Below, in pieces: positions 9,901 to 20,600 of a stretch of DNA of 64,000 nt; the stretch's first letter is position 1, and every line of letters begins with the position of its first letter. Position numbers and translations under genes: made by a program. This DNA comes from a virus: the IMG/VR virus record IMGVR_UViG_3300014808_000001, positions 83,720 to 147,719 of that record. The stretch is one strand, 5' to 3'. Under the pieces are notes generated by a model. It saw only the letters and a program-made list of their open reading frames with translations. It was not told the DNA's origin and did no database searches.

Positions 9901-10128
9901 ATGGAAAATAAGGAAGATTACATTGGTTACGAAGACCAAGAGCTGTGTAACCAGTATTACAAAGAGGCTGAAGCCATGAGGCAAAAGCAGGACTGGCCTC
10001 GGCTTAGGGCTGTCCCTGCTCCGGCTAAGGGAACGCCATCGCCCGGCTGGGGTCAGCTTGGACGTGGAAGTGATGTCCGTGTTAAGTACGTTAGCATCAA
10101 TTCAGGATTGGGAGGGGATAGGTTATGA
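9901..10128 (+). CDS. hypothetical small protein (75 aa)
   Basis: First of a run of stop/start-overlapping small ORFs 9901-11482. Confidence 0.3.
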   Translation: MENKEDYIGYEDQELCNQYYKEAEAMRQKQDWPRLRAVPAPAKGTPSPGWGQLGRGSDVRVKYVSINSGLGGDRL

Positions 10129-10340
10129 CTGTAGAAGAATTGGCTAATAAAAGATACAGTGGCGAATTTGTTTTCATGCTTGGTCATTTGGAAGGTGTAA
10201 CAAGATTTGTTTTTGAATGCTTTGATCCCAGACCTGATCACGAAGGTAAAAATACCTATATGGTTTCCTATTTTGATAAGCGCATCCGTAGAAGAGATGT
10301 GGTGGATGTACCGTGTTATATGAATATTTTGCTAAAATAA
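10125..10340 (+). CDS. hypothetical small protein (71 aa)
   Basis: ATGA overlap with upstream ORF. Confidence 0.3.
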   Translation: MTVEELANKRYSGEFVFMLGHLEGVTRFVFECFDPRPDHEGKNTYMVSYFDKRIRRRDVVDVPCYMNILLK

Positions 10341-10543
10341 TGGAAACATTAATCTTAAATGTACCTGTATTTTCTGGTAAGATTATTTCTCCTACATGGA
10401 TTAAGGCCGTAAGGGATTTCCAATCCAGATCGAAGGCAGAAAGAGACTTGTATTGTTCGGTTTGTGGATGTACAGGAGGGTGTAACTTATGCGATGATGT
10501 AAGTAAATATAGGATTTCAGAACAACTAAAATATTATAGATAA
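10313..10543 (+). CDS. hypothetical small Cys-containing protein (76 aa)
   Basis: ORF in same operon-like run. Confidence 0.3.
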   Translation: MLYEYFAKIMETLILNVPVFSGKIISPTWIKAVRDFQSRSKAERDLYCSVCGCTGGCNLCDDVSKYRISEQLKYYR

Positions 10544-10544
10544 C

Positions 10545-11177
10545 ATGGTTAGAATCGCATATTTCGAAACCGATGGCCACCCTGGTCATCACGTTATTCC
10601 AATACGAGGTAAATTCACAGAAGAGGATATTAAGGTAATAGAATCTGTAGATTGTGATGATTTCTATAAGGTGTTTGACGTCATGCGTTTTAAGATAGCT
10701 GAGTTTAAAGGATGGACGATATTGGGAATCCCGGCAAGCTTAGACGATCATAGACCTGGAAGCAAAACCGTTATCTTCATAGAGGGTAAAGCTAACGAAG
10801 CTGATTTTATGGAAGTCATACAAGAGTACTCTTTTCTTAAAAATAAGGTAAAGAAACTTACCGAATTGTATCATGATGGAGAATGGCTTGCGACTGGTAA
10901 ATTGAATCAAGATCCGCCTACTAACAAGGAGCGGTTTCAATTTACATTAGACAAGGATGATATTATTAACATGATTAGGGGAGTCGTTTTAAATCCTTAT
11001 TCTGATGTGGCGAATGAAATGGAGAAAATCGGATTGGGATTATCATCTGATTCTTCATATGAGGGTCCCACATGGTCTTGGTTTATTAATAAAGTAGATG
11101 TTTGGCAGAATAATGCATGGGATGGTTTTTCTGCTGAGTTCTTATTGGATTTGTATTGTAGGATAAAGAAAGTATAG
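10545..11177 (+). CDS. hypothetical protein (210 aa)
   Basis: ORF; antisense small ORFs are shadows. Confidence 0.45.
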   Translation: MVRIAYFETDGHPGHHVIPIRGKFTEEDIKVIESVDCDDFYKVFDVMRFKIAEFKGWTILGIPASLDDHRPGSKTVIFIEGKANEADFMEVIQEYSFLKNKVKKLTELYHDGEWLATGKLNQDPPTNKERFQFTLDKDDIINMIRGVVLNPYSDVANEMEKIGLGLSSDSSYEGPTWSWFINKVDVWQNNAWDGFSAEFLLDLYCRIKKV

Positions 11178-11188
11178 TAACAATTAAT

Positions 11189-11482
11189 TTGAAACAAATC
11201 ATGGGATTAGACGATTTTAAAAAAGATGTAATTAGAGTGATGACAAAAGAAGAGTTCGAATCAACAATTGAAGAAGATATTAAATTCGTTGAAGGATTCA
11301 AGTATTTCTTAAGACATGATGATGCTACAAGGATAGTGGAACACATCAAGTCCGTGTTAGAAGCATCAGTGGACTACTATTATCCTAATCATCCTAAACC
11401 TGAAGCAGAACCAGGAGACATGGGAGAAGTTTCTGATGGATACCACACTTTCAATATCCGAAATAACATTAAAACAATATAA
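11189..11482 (+). CDS. hypothetical protein (97 aa)
   Basis: ORF ending immediately before the IscB-associated non-coding region. Confidence 0.4.
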   Translation: MKQIMGLDDFKKDVIRVMTKEEFESTIEEDIKFVEGFKYFLRHDDATRIVEHIKSVLEASVDYYYPNHPKPEAEPGDMGEVSDGYHTFNIRNNIKTI

Positions 11483-11742
11483 TTTCATTATAAGGTTTTA
11501 ATGTACCAGAAATGGTCCGGATATTAGCCTAAGCCTTGAAACGAAGGCTACGTTATTTGAGAATAGATAGTTACCTACGGATGTTTACCCAAGTCTGTAG
11601 CTCTAAGGCAAGCGATTAAACAGTTCTGGTATTTGAGGAACAGTGTTGCTTGCGAAAAACCTTAAATAACATTGGCGATGGGTACTAACAGGATGAAATA
11701 TTCCTGACTTATGTTGAATAAACATTGAAAACGTTTGTAGAT
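11483..11742 (+). ncRNA. candidate IscB omega-RNA (OMEGA guide RNA scaffold), boundaries approximate
   Basis: 260-nt ORF-free region immediately 5' of iscB, the canonical omega-RNA position; local hairpin AGCCTT gaaacg AAGGCT; longer-range complementary pairs GCAAGC/GCTTGC and CCAGAA/TTCTGG. Confidence 0.45.
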
Positions 11743-12963
11743 ATGGTGTACGTACAGGATATAAATGGTAAACCTATGATGCCTACAACAAGGCATGGAA
11801 AGGTTAGGAGACTGCTTAAAGAAAACAAGGCAGTTGTTGTAAACCTATGTCCGTTTACCATCAAATTAATTTACGTAACATCCGATTACAAACAAGAAAT
11901 TGTGTTAGGCGTTGATGCTGGAGCTAAACATGTTGGTTTATCAGCAACGACGAAAAGCAAAGAGCTTTACAGCAGTGAAGTTATTCTTAGAAATGATATC
12001 GTAGATCTTTTATCTACAAGAAGAGAGTCAAGAAGGGTGAGGAGGAATAGATTGAGATATAGAAAACCTCGTTTTGACAACAGGGTAAAAAGCAAGCGTC
12101 CAGGATGGGTAGCACCTTCGGTGAAGTACAAAATAGACGCCCATATTCGTGTTATTGACAATGTATGTTCTATATTACCAATATCTCGTATTGTTATTGA
12201 AGTAGCTCAATTTGATACTCAGAAGATTAACAATCCTGAAATATCAGGTAAAGAATATCAGGAAGGAGATCAACTTGGTTTTTGGAACACAAGGGAGTAT
12301 GTTTTAGCAAGGGATGGGCATAAATGTCAGTATTGTAAAGGAAAATCGAAATCCAAAATCCTTAATGTTCATCACATTGAATCCCGAAAAACGGGAGGTG
12401 ATTCCCCTTCTAATCTTATTACCTTATGTGAAACTTGTCACAAAGAATACCATAAAGGTAATATAGATTTGAAGATCAAACGGGGATCGTCGCTTCGCGA
12501 CGCGGCCGTAATGGGAATTATGAAATGGAGGTTGTATGAAGAGTTAAAATCCAGATACGACAGAGTTTTTATGACGTTTGGTTACATTACGAAACATAAT
12601 CGGATTAAATACGGGATTGAAAAATCCCATACATCCGACGCGTTTGTCATTTCTATGAACATTAATGCGAAACGAATCGAACGTCAATATTTAAAACGTT
12701 TAATTCGTAGACATAATAGACAAATACATAAAATGAAAATTTTAAAAGGAGGAAAGAAGAAAAACAATCAAGCTCCTTTTGAGGTTTTCGGATTTAGATT
12801 GTTTGATAAAGTGTTTTATAACAATAAAATATTCTTTGTTTATGGAAGGAGAAAATCAGGGAATTTCAATATCAGGGATTTCAACGGAGAAAACCCGAAG
12901 GATGTTTCACGCAAAAAGTTTAAACTCATTAGAGGTAAGAGGCATCCGATTATATTAAAGTAA
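11743..12963 (+). CDS. iscB: IscB RNA-guided nuclease (IS200/IS605-family OMEGA effector, Cas9 ancestor), 406 aa
   Basis: N-term MVYVQDINGKPMMPTT (PLMP domain); RuvC-I LGVDAGAKHVG; Arg-rich bridge helix RRESRRVRRNRLRYRKPRFDNR; RuvC-II RIVIEVAQFD; HNH CQYCKG...VHHIESRKTGGDSPSNLITLCETCH; RuvC-III SHTSDAFVIS. All catalytic residues appear present. ORF track start 11725 is TTG; the ATG at 11743 fits the IscB N-terminus. Confidence 0.8.
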   Translation: MVYVQDINGKPMMPTTRHGKVRRLLKENKAVVVNLCPFTIKLIYVTSDYKQEIVLGVDAGAKHVGLSATTKSKELYSSEVILRNDIVDLLSTRRESRRVRRNRLRYRKPRFDNRVKSKRPGWVAPSVKYKIDAHIRVIDNVCSILPISRIVIEVAQFDTQKINNPEISGKEYQEGDQLGFWNTREYVLARDGHKCQYCKGKSKSKILNVHHIESRKTGGDSPSNLITLCETCHKEYHKGNIDLKIKRGSSLRDAAVMGIMKWRLYEELKSRYDRVFMTFGYITKHNRIKYGIEKSHTSDAFVISMNINAKRIERQYLKRLIRRHNRQIHKMKILKGGKKKNNQAPFEVFGFRLFDKVFYNNKIFFVYGRRKSGNFNIRDFNGENPKDVSRKKFKLIRGKRHPIILK

Positions 12964-13000
12964 ATGAACGGATTTAATAAATTTAATAGAAAAACGTATC

Positions 13001-13306
13001 ATGTATAATAAAGAAATCGTGATATGCGCGGCCATCTGGGTACAGGACGACAAGAAACGTCCCTATCAGCCCACCAATATACCATCCGGCACCGTGTTCT
13101 GTGGATTGAGACACCCCTCTATACTATCTCAACTTGCGGCATACGGTATAGCCCATAAGAACCGTAGTGTTCAAGGATTTTTGTCAAGCAAGAATCGGTT
13201 TCTAACAAGAGAGGAAGCATCTGAACTTGTTAAGAGCAATAATCAGGAAATGGTAGTAGATAGGAGTGCCATTAGAGAACAATTGTATTCAGAAGATCTA
13301 TATTAA
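13001..13306 (+). CDS. hypothetical protein (101 aa)
   Basis: ORF immediately after iscB; no recognisable transposase motifs. Confidence 0.4.
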   Translation: MYNKEIVICAAIWVQDDKKRPYQPTNIPSGTVFCGLRHPSILSQLAAYGIAHKNRSVQGFLSSKNRFLTREEASELVKSNNQEMVVDRSAIREQLYSEDLY

Positions 13307-13323
13307 CTAAAAAACAAAACAAC

Positions 13324-13677
13324 ATGGGGTTTAAAATCAAAAAGTCAATCACTTATGATATGATGGACGACAGTCGGGTAGAGTATGAATTTGATAATAC
13401 CAATGATTTAAATCATATCATATTTAAAGGTGATGGTAAAGAATCTTTTTCATTTAACAGAGCACTTGTTGAAAATTTAATTGAGACATTTGAAACCATG
13501 CATGATATATATTCCGATAATTACAAGCTTAAGGTTTATACTGGTAATTGCATAATTCAATTGAGCGAAGATTCAAAGGACTTAAGTAAATCCTTTTTTG
13601 ACGTATATGATAAAGATGAAATGAAAATGATATACGCAATAAATATCAGTATCTTGAAAGAAATGTTTGTCATATGA
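13324..13677 (+). CDS. hypothetical protein (117 aa)
   Basis: ORF, ATGA overlap with next gene. Confidence 0.4.
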   Translation: MGFKIKKSITYDMMDDSRVEYEFDNTNDLNHIIFKGDGKESFSFNRALVENLIETFETMHDIYSDNYKLKVYTGNCIIQLSEDSKDLSKSFFDVYDKDEMKMIYAINISILKEMFVI

Positions 13678-13991
13678 TCACCAAGCAAGATATACAAGCA
13701 GCAACATCGTATATTTTCCGAAGCAGTTTTGTCTCGGAGGACCAGGCAAGGAAAGCAATGGTAAGAGCCGGCAATAACGCTACCAAGATCCTCGTCAAGA
13801 CCTTTAGAGGCAAGTTGTTCAAGAAAGCTTTTGAAAGAGCCCGTAGAGGAAAGGATATCAGTTCTTTTGAAAAACAGGAAAAAGAAAGTGGTTTCAATTT
13901 TCTACATAATCCTAATAATGGTCGTATGCAAAGCGGTCATATTATAATAGATGGAATTGGTCTGTTTAAACAAATAATTCATGAAAGGTAA
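13674..13991 (+). CDS. hypothetical basic protein (105 aa)
   Basis: Coupled to upstream ORF; antisense 13670-13897 is a shadow. Confidence 0.4.
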   Translation: MITKQDIQAATSYIFRSSFVSEDQARKAMVRAGNNATKILVKTFRGKLFKKAFERARRGKDISSFEKQEKESGFNFLHNPNNGRMQSGHIIIDGIGLFKQIIHER

Positions 13992-14164
13992 AAAAGTTGA
14001 TATTCGTTTAGGCAGAGGTCTGGCGAATCAGATTAAGATAAACAAAACCATCCCAGTGTCTCATAAACCAAAAGAAGAACGTCGAATGATGTTTATTTGT
14101 GGTGATGATATTGCTTCTCTTATAAAGCGGTTTGAAAACGAATCAAAGTAATATAAAGTAGGAC

Positions 14165-14524
14165 ATGTATCTTGTCCGATTTTTTTTATATATTTGTGGC
14201 ATGTCAAGAGGTTATTATTGGATACCACAAACAGATGAAACGTTAAATGGCAGAAGCTATTACGTGGCTAAGATAGTAGGAGATATCACGTTTGATACTA
14301 AACGAAAAAGAATCGTATTTCAAGCTGATAGGTATTTCCCTGTAGGATCTGTTTTCCATTTTACGCACAATTGCTTCAACTATATCATAACTTGCCGACT
14401 TCGCAAGCCGGGGCTTTGGTTTGAAGCCAGGAGAGAGGATTCAGGCCCTATTTGCCCTGAAGATATTGAGCGCTTTGAATCGGGAAGGTTTATACACCGA
14501 GATGGGTACATGCATTACATATAA
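14165..14524 (+). CDS. hypothetical protein (119 aa)
   Basis: ORF followed by hairpin/T-run terminators. Confidence 0.4.
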   Translation: MYLVRFFLYICGMSRGYYWIPQTDETLNGRSYYVAKIVGDITFDTKRKRIVFQADRYFPVGSVFHFTHNCFNYIITCRLRKPGLWFEARREDSGPICPEDIERFESGRFIHRDGYMHYI

Positions 14525-14576
14525 GCTGAACTTGACGATTTTTCGTCAGATTATAATTTTTTTTCATATTATTTTT

Positions 14577-14616
14577 AAGCCATCAGACTGAGAAATTAGG
14601 TGGCTTTATTTTTTAT
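14577..14616 (+). terminator. rho-independent terminator
   Basis: AAGCCA ...18 nt... TGGCTT followed by TATTTTTTAT; a weaker GACGA/TCGTC hairpin plus T8 lies at 14531-14565. Confidence 0.45.
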
Positions 14617-14666
14617 GATATGCTTGATTTTTAACTACCTTTGTCTCATAACAAAAATGTTTTACT

Positions 14667-17600
14667 ATGACATCAGCGTGTATTATTAAAAGAGATAATA
14701 AAAAGAAAGTTGTTTCTGTCTCTACCATATCAGGGGACAGGTCTATGTTATTTGATAAAATAGCATCTATTCCTCTTATGGAGAACAGGGAACGGGCCAC
14801 TACTGTTTTTAAAACCGTATTTTCTAATAAGTTCTTAAAGGCTTTTGGCGACTGGAGAAAGAGAGTGCCTATCAACAAACCGGCTTATAATAAGGTAAAA
14901 TCCAACATTGATCTTATTCCGGAAGCTTATAGAGAAAGGGTACTGGATAAGGCTTCTAAGATGAGTAATCCTGTTCTTGTATCAAAATCAGATGCAACTT
15001 ATGGGATTCAAGAATCAGGCTTCGGATTCTATAGCCAAGATCTGGGTGATAATATTATGTTGGTGGATGCTATGGTTCCGTCAAGTATTTCCGTACCGGA
15101 AGGACCTGGAATAGACGCCGGGCAGTATCTACAAGATGCTATATCTTCGGACTTCACTCCCGTATCTATGGTACAGGATAAGGGTGTTAATTATATGGTT
15201 ATAAAAGACGGTCTTAAGATATTTAGCCCAGAAGAGTTACCACAGACAGATTCTAATCCTGTGGGTGTAACGTATCAGACCGGAGAGCCTCGTTTGTTTT
15301 TCATGAACGATCGTAGTCAATTATTTGAAGATTACGGAGAAGCTCTTCGCTCTGGCGGGAATGATATTAGAATAGGATTCTTATCAGGCACCGTTCAAGA
15401 ATCTGCCTGGGATGGCGTGGCAGACATTACTTACAAAGCTGGAAAGTATGTTCTTAATAATCCCAAGTCTTTTATACCGGTCATGACCGCTTCTGCTTCT
15501 ACTTCTTTATCAACAAAAGGCGGGATAATTAACTACCTTATAAAGAAAGGTCTTTTGTCAGGATCTAAGATATTCGATCCTGAAACAAGAAGCTATTATC
15601 TTACAGGAGAAGGTCATACAGGACAAATTAGACTTTTCAATTCAGCCTTATCATACACTGAGCTCCGTAATCATTTTGGTTCCGATGTTTCCATGAACGA
15701 CCAGGGTATGATAACCATAAGCTCGTTGGATAACAGTAAGGTAACTATGAGACTTGCCACCGGAGGAACGGAAAGGGTTAGTAGGGAACAGATAAAGAAC
15801 GATCTTAAGTCAGGAAGATACAATGAATTGGACGCCAAGTACGATCATTTTGATGCGCTTGTAGTTTCATTCATATTAGAAGACAACGATCTTTATGCTG
15901 ATACTAAAGCTAAGATCGTATCAGATTATAGCAGGCAGGAACGTGATCAACGAAATTCTATTGTCGAGATACTGAAAACTCTTGGCGTTAGTGTCATAGG
16001 TATGACCGACTATATAGAGAAGTACCAAACCAAATACGGGCATGAACCTTCTGCTAAGGCATTGGCGGATATTGCCAATAACGTAATAGCAGTTGGTGAA
16101 GATGCTACTTTATCCGATTTAGTAGAAGAAACAGCCCACTTCCTTGTAGAGGCATACAGAGATCAGAATGCTGTTGAGGATGTTTTGCAAGACGTAGAAG
16201 GCACAGAGGAGTGGAACCAGTATGCAGGTCAGTATTATAATACATACGGTAAGGTATATGAAGGCTCTGAACTTGATAATGCTGTTAGGAGAGAAATTCT
16301 TGGAAAGATCCTCGCCAGGGAGATGCAGACCGGCACAGCACAGGCGCCGGTAGAGCCCACCTCCTTCCTGGGGCGCGTCCGGCAGCTTCTCTCTGGAATC
16401 GTAAGCTGGCTTAAATCAGCTTTATCAACCCAAAGACAAGATTTGAATAACGTTATTAAAAACATTCGTGATCTTGCCATTACTGACATAGATAAAGGAT
16501 TTGACACCTCTCTGTTAAAGGATAATGATTTTACATTATACTCCCTTTCTTCTATGAACAAGAACAAGTTTCTTGAGTCCAAGATCAGATCACTAAGAAA
16601 AACCTTAAGAGACTTGCGTCAGATAAGCTCTGATAGGGCTGTAACTACGTCTATGACCCTTGCTCAGCTTAAGACCATAGAAGATAAGATAAATAAAGTA
16701 GAGACCGAAATAGACAAGAATGAGATGGCGGCTGCCATGAACAGCATGATCTCCACAGCCGAAGCTCAGGTCAGATACTTAAACAATGTGGTGAACACCA
16801 TCCTTCATGGTGATACCAAAGACGGTAAGCTTCACTTCAATACCAATGATCGAAAGAACGTAGATATTATCAACAATCAGGTTCTTCCGATCATGAACGA
16901 TCTCCGAGGATATATCCGTAACAGAAGTACCGAATTTGATGAACGTGAAAAGCAGGATTATACAAATAGGATCAACACCGTCATTGCCGACATCAATGGT
17001 ATTCAGTCTGATATTAAATCAGTACAAGACCTTGATGAAAGTACGTTGCTTGATAAGTTAATGAACGAACTTCATGTGCCGGCAGATAAGGTAAAGAGAG
17101 TAAAAGAATTTTTTGACAAGGTTCAACACGATGTTTCTTGGATAAGTAGGTGGTTTGGTATATTAGAGCATTCTTCCAGTCCGTTCAATAACGCTCTTGG
17201 AGCTATGATTGCCAAAGACAATTACAATGCGATGGTGAATGCCCAGCCCGCCATATCCGACTTCCTGGCATATGCTAAAAAGCATGGTTTTAACAAATCT
17301 GAATTTGAAAAACTGCTTCAGAAAGTAGACGGCAAAACTTCTAATTACCTTCGTAGTGCTCTTGATATGGCTAAATACGATCGTAATAAGAAGCTGGCGC
17401 AGATGCGAGCGTTTGCGACTGCCATGAACATAGAGATATCAGAAGAAGAAATCAATGATGTGGTTGACAATAACCGTAATTACGTATTTAAAAGAGAAGT
17501 AGTTGACAAGGATGGAAATACGGTTACTGAAAACGCTAAATTCAAACCATCGTCCGATAGGGTTAATACCGATATTTTTACCATCGAGCAGGAAAAGATC

Positions 17601-20600
17601 TATACGGAGCAGATGGAAAAGTGGGATGCTGAAAATTCAGAATTGGAATTTAGTGAAAGTTATGCCACAAGAATGGAATCCATATACAAAAAGGCCGAAG
17701 AAGAATTAGGGCATCCGGTTTCTCAAACAACTAAAGAGTATCTTAATGCTCTATCCAGGCAAAAACGGATATTGAGGCAGCCTTTTATTGATAGCGGTGG
17801 TAATTTTGATGAGGCCTCCTATTTTAAAAGCAGCAATTACGAAGAAGAAGGACTGCTTCGTAAACAACGTAAGGAAGCAGCTTCAGAATACATATATGTA
17901 GGAACCAGGAGAGTGGAAAAAACTGGCGACCAACTTAAGATGGCCAAAGAAATACAAGCCATAAATGAAGTTTGGAGAAAAGAATCAAATAATGCCACTA
18001 ATGCCGTATCAGAATCGTTTTTGCAAAAATTAAGAACGATTCAGAACGAGTCAGGAGGGGAAGCTGCGCTGAAGACGCTTATGTTGGGGGGTCACCTGTC
18101 ATTCAACGATCGGTTTTGGAATGACGTAGAATCGGAACAGTCGGCACGTACCGAATCAAATAACAAGGCTTCGTATCTCAAAATGGCACAAGACATCATT
18201 AGTTCTACGACAAGTGATAGAGATGCGACTGACGTGGAGTCCATTGTAAAAGATATAGAAAAAAATAAGGCCATTATCAAGGAAATAATCGGCAACAACC
18301 GTGACGTGGCTGACATCGGAGAAATCAATGAAGCGACATTTACCTCATCTGAAAGAGATGCTTTTAGGGCTGCATCCGAAGCTATTGAAGCCGATTACGC
18401 TATTTTGATAGATTATGCTAAGATGGTGGGTCTTGAAGATATTGATAAATACCTTACTAAAAGCAGTAAGGCTGAAAACGAAGTCAATCAGTCTTATTTA
18501 AATGCTCTTGCTGACTCCAAGGAAGTGGAATGGAAGTTCGTACAACGTCATACTACGGCGAAGAAAGCAAAAAGGATTCAGGCTTTAAGGGATAAGCTGT
18601 TTAAGGCTGCTGATAACCGATATCTGTTTACCGTATCTGAAACCAACTACCTGTCAGAAAAGCTCGGTATAAGCAAAGAATTAGACGGTAGAGATTTTAG
18701 GAATGCTGTTAATGCTAAGATGGCCAGCTTATTTTTAAATAATACAAGGGAAGAGGGTATAGAAGAAGCCAATGCTATTGTTAATGAATTTGCCAGGAGC
18801 CAGGTCTTTTCGTACTATAAACGCATGGCGCCTACCGGATATGCGGCTATGATCGACAAAATAGGTCGAGGTGAGATAGATGTGGCGCAGATGGTTAAGG
18901 ACGTACAGAATGGGACTTCCACACAAGATTATGGTATGGACATATCATACCTGTCTTTCGACCCTGCAAGAGCGTGGGTGGCTGAATCTGAGGCCGAAAA
19001 TAGCGGTCGTAACCCTGATTATGTAAAAGATCATGGGTATGGTCATCGTATGCCCAAGAAGAGCCTGTATCGTGATGAATCGTATTTCAACGACTTCGGC
19101 ATTAAGTATGATGCTGATGGTAATGAGGTCGCTACTAAAAACGTAGAGCAATGGAATATGATTCAAAAACTCAAGGAAATAAAAAGACAATCCCTTGATC
19201 TATATAAAGAGCAGAGCCCTAATCTGTATGCTATTCCACAGATATCCAAACAAGATATAGAACGTATAGAAGGGTTAGGTATCAGCCTTAAAAGTACGGT
19301 CAGGAACTTCGTATCCGACTTATGTCTTGACCGCGTAGATGACTCCCTGTATGGTAAAACACGCCAGGGTGAGGTATATGATCCGGAAGATAGGGTTCGG
19401 TCCATACCTAAATACTACATATATGAATTAGAGAACCAAGATGACGTATCTCACGATTTTGGCTACTCTTATTCGATGCTTATGATGCAGTCATCGTTAT
19501 ACAACGAAAAGCAGAAGTCTATAGAGCTTGCCCAAGGACTAGAGCAGATGTTACTGAATAAACAATTTGAAGGCGGTAAGAAGGCTGAAGCAACCCAAGC
19601 ATATCAGATGTTCAGGGACTTCTTCAACGATCATTATTATGGCATTAGGATGAACACCAAAAAACTGACGGTAAACATCGGTGGATACACAGTAGACCTT
19701 ACCAGGATAATGATGGCCGTTGAAAGATTTATGTCGGTCATGAACCTGGCGCTGTCCCCGTTTGTGGCAGCTACCGGCGCCCTTACCGGCCATATCAACC
19801 TCATCATGGAATCAGCTGTAGGACAGTATATAAGCAAAGACTCCCTTAAATACGCATCGGCTGAGTTTTCACGCCTTGCGCCATCTTGTATAGCAGAAAC
19901 CGGAGACATAGATAGAAAAAGTAAATTATATGTCATAGGTGAGAGAATGGGGATATTCAATATCCGAAATCGTATGTATGGTGCCGGATATAATAGAGTG
20001 GCCAGGACCTTAATGCGTTCACCTATGTATGCTTTTATGGAAATCCTGAACTACCCTCTTGATCCGCAGGTTATGATTGCTACTATGGACAATGTTCGTT
20101 ATTACAAAGGTCGGTTCTACACGTTCCAAGATTTCAAGATGGAAAAAGAACGCAATAAAGAACAGAGTACCATAAAAAGAGAATGGAACGCATTAAAAGA
20201 TCGTACTTTATGGAGTATGGTAGACGTCGTGGATGGAAAGGTGGTTGTAAAGCCGGGATCGGGTGTTACTGTTGAGGAAGTTGAAACCCAGATGGCTATA
20301 ACCAGGAATCAAGTCCGTAGCTTGTCGCAGATATGTAACGGATCTTTGAATGAAGAAAACCGAACTGCCGCATCGCGCAACTGGATAGCCAGGTTCATGA
20401 CCGCCCACCGAGGCTGGCTGGTGCTGGCAGCTCAACGTCTGTGGAAAAGACGTGGCTTCAATTTCCAGACAATGCAAGAAGAGGAAGGGTTGTCAATTAC
20501 GTTAAAGAATATGATAGCCAAAACATTTAGCCTGGCTTCCGAGTCTGGTATGAAAAACATCATAGATGCCTGGAACGAAAATAAAGACAATATGAATGAG

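Larger units (their letters stand above)
11483..13000 (+). mobile_element. IscB-only IS200/IS605-family element (omega-RNA plus iscB); no TnpA; ends not defined
   Basis: IscB plus upstream structured non-coding region; no HuH Y1 transposase nearby (the 101-aa ORF 13001-13306 lacks the HxH motif). Confidence 0.4.

Noticed and set aside
13001-13306. Possible IS200-type TnpA (Y1 HuH transposase) next to iscB
   Set aside because: No HxH (HuH) motif or catalytic Tyr context, so treated as a hypothetical protein. The IscB element appears to be TnpA-less.
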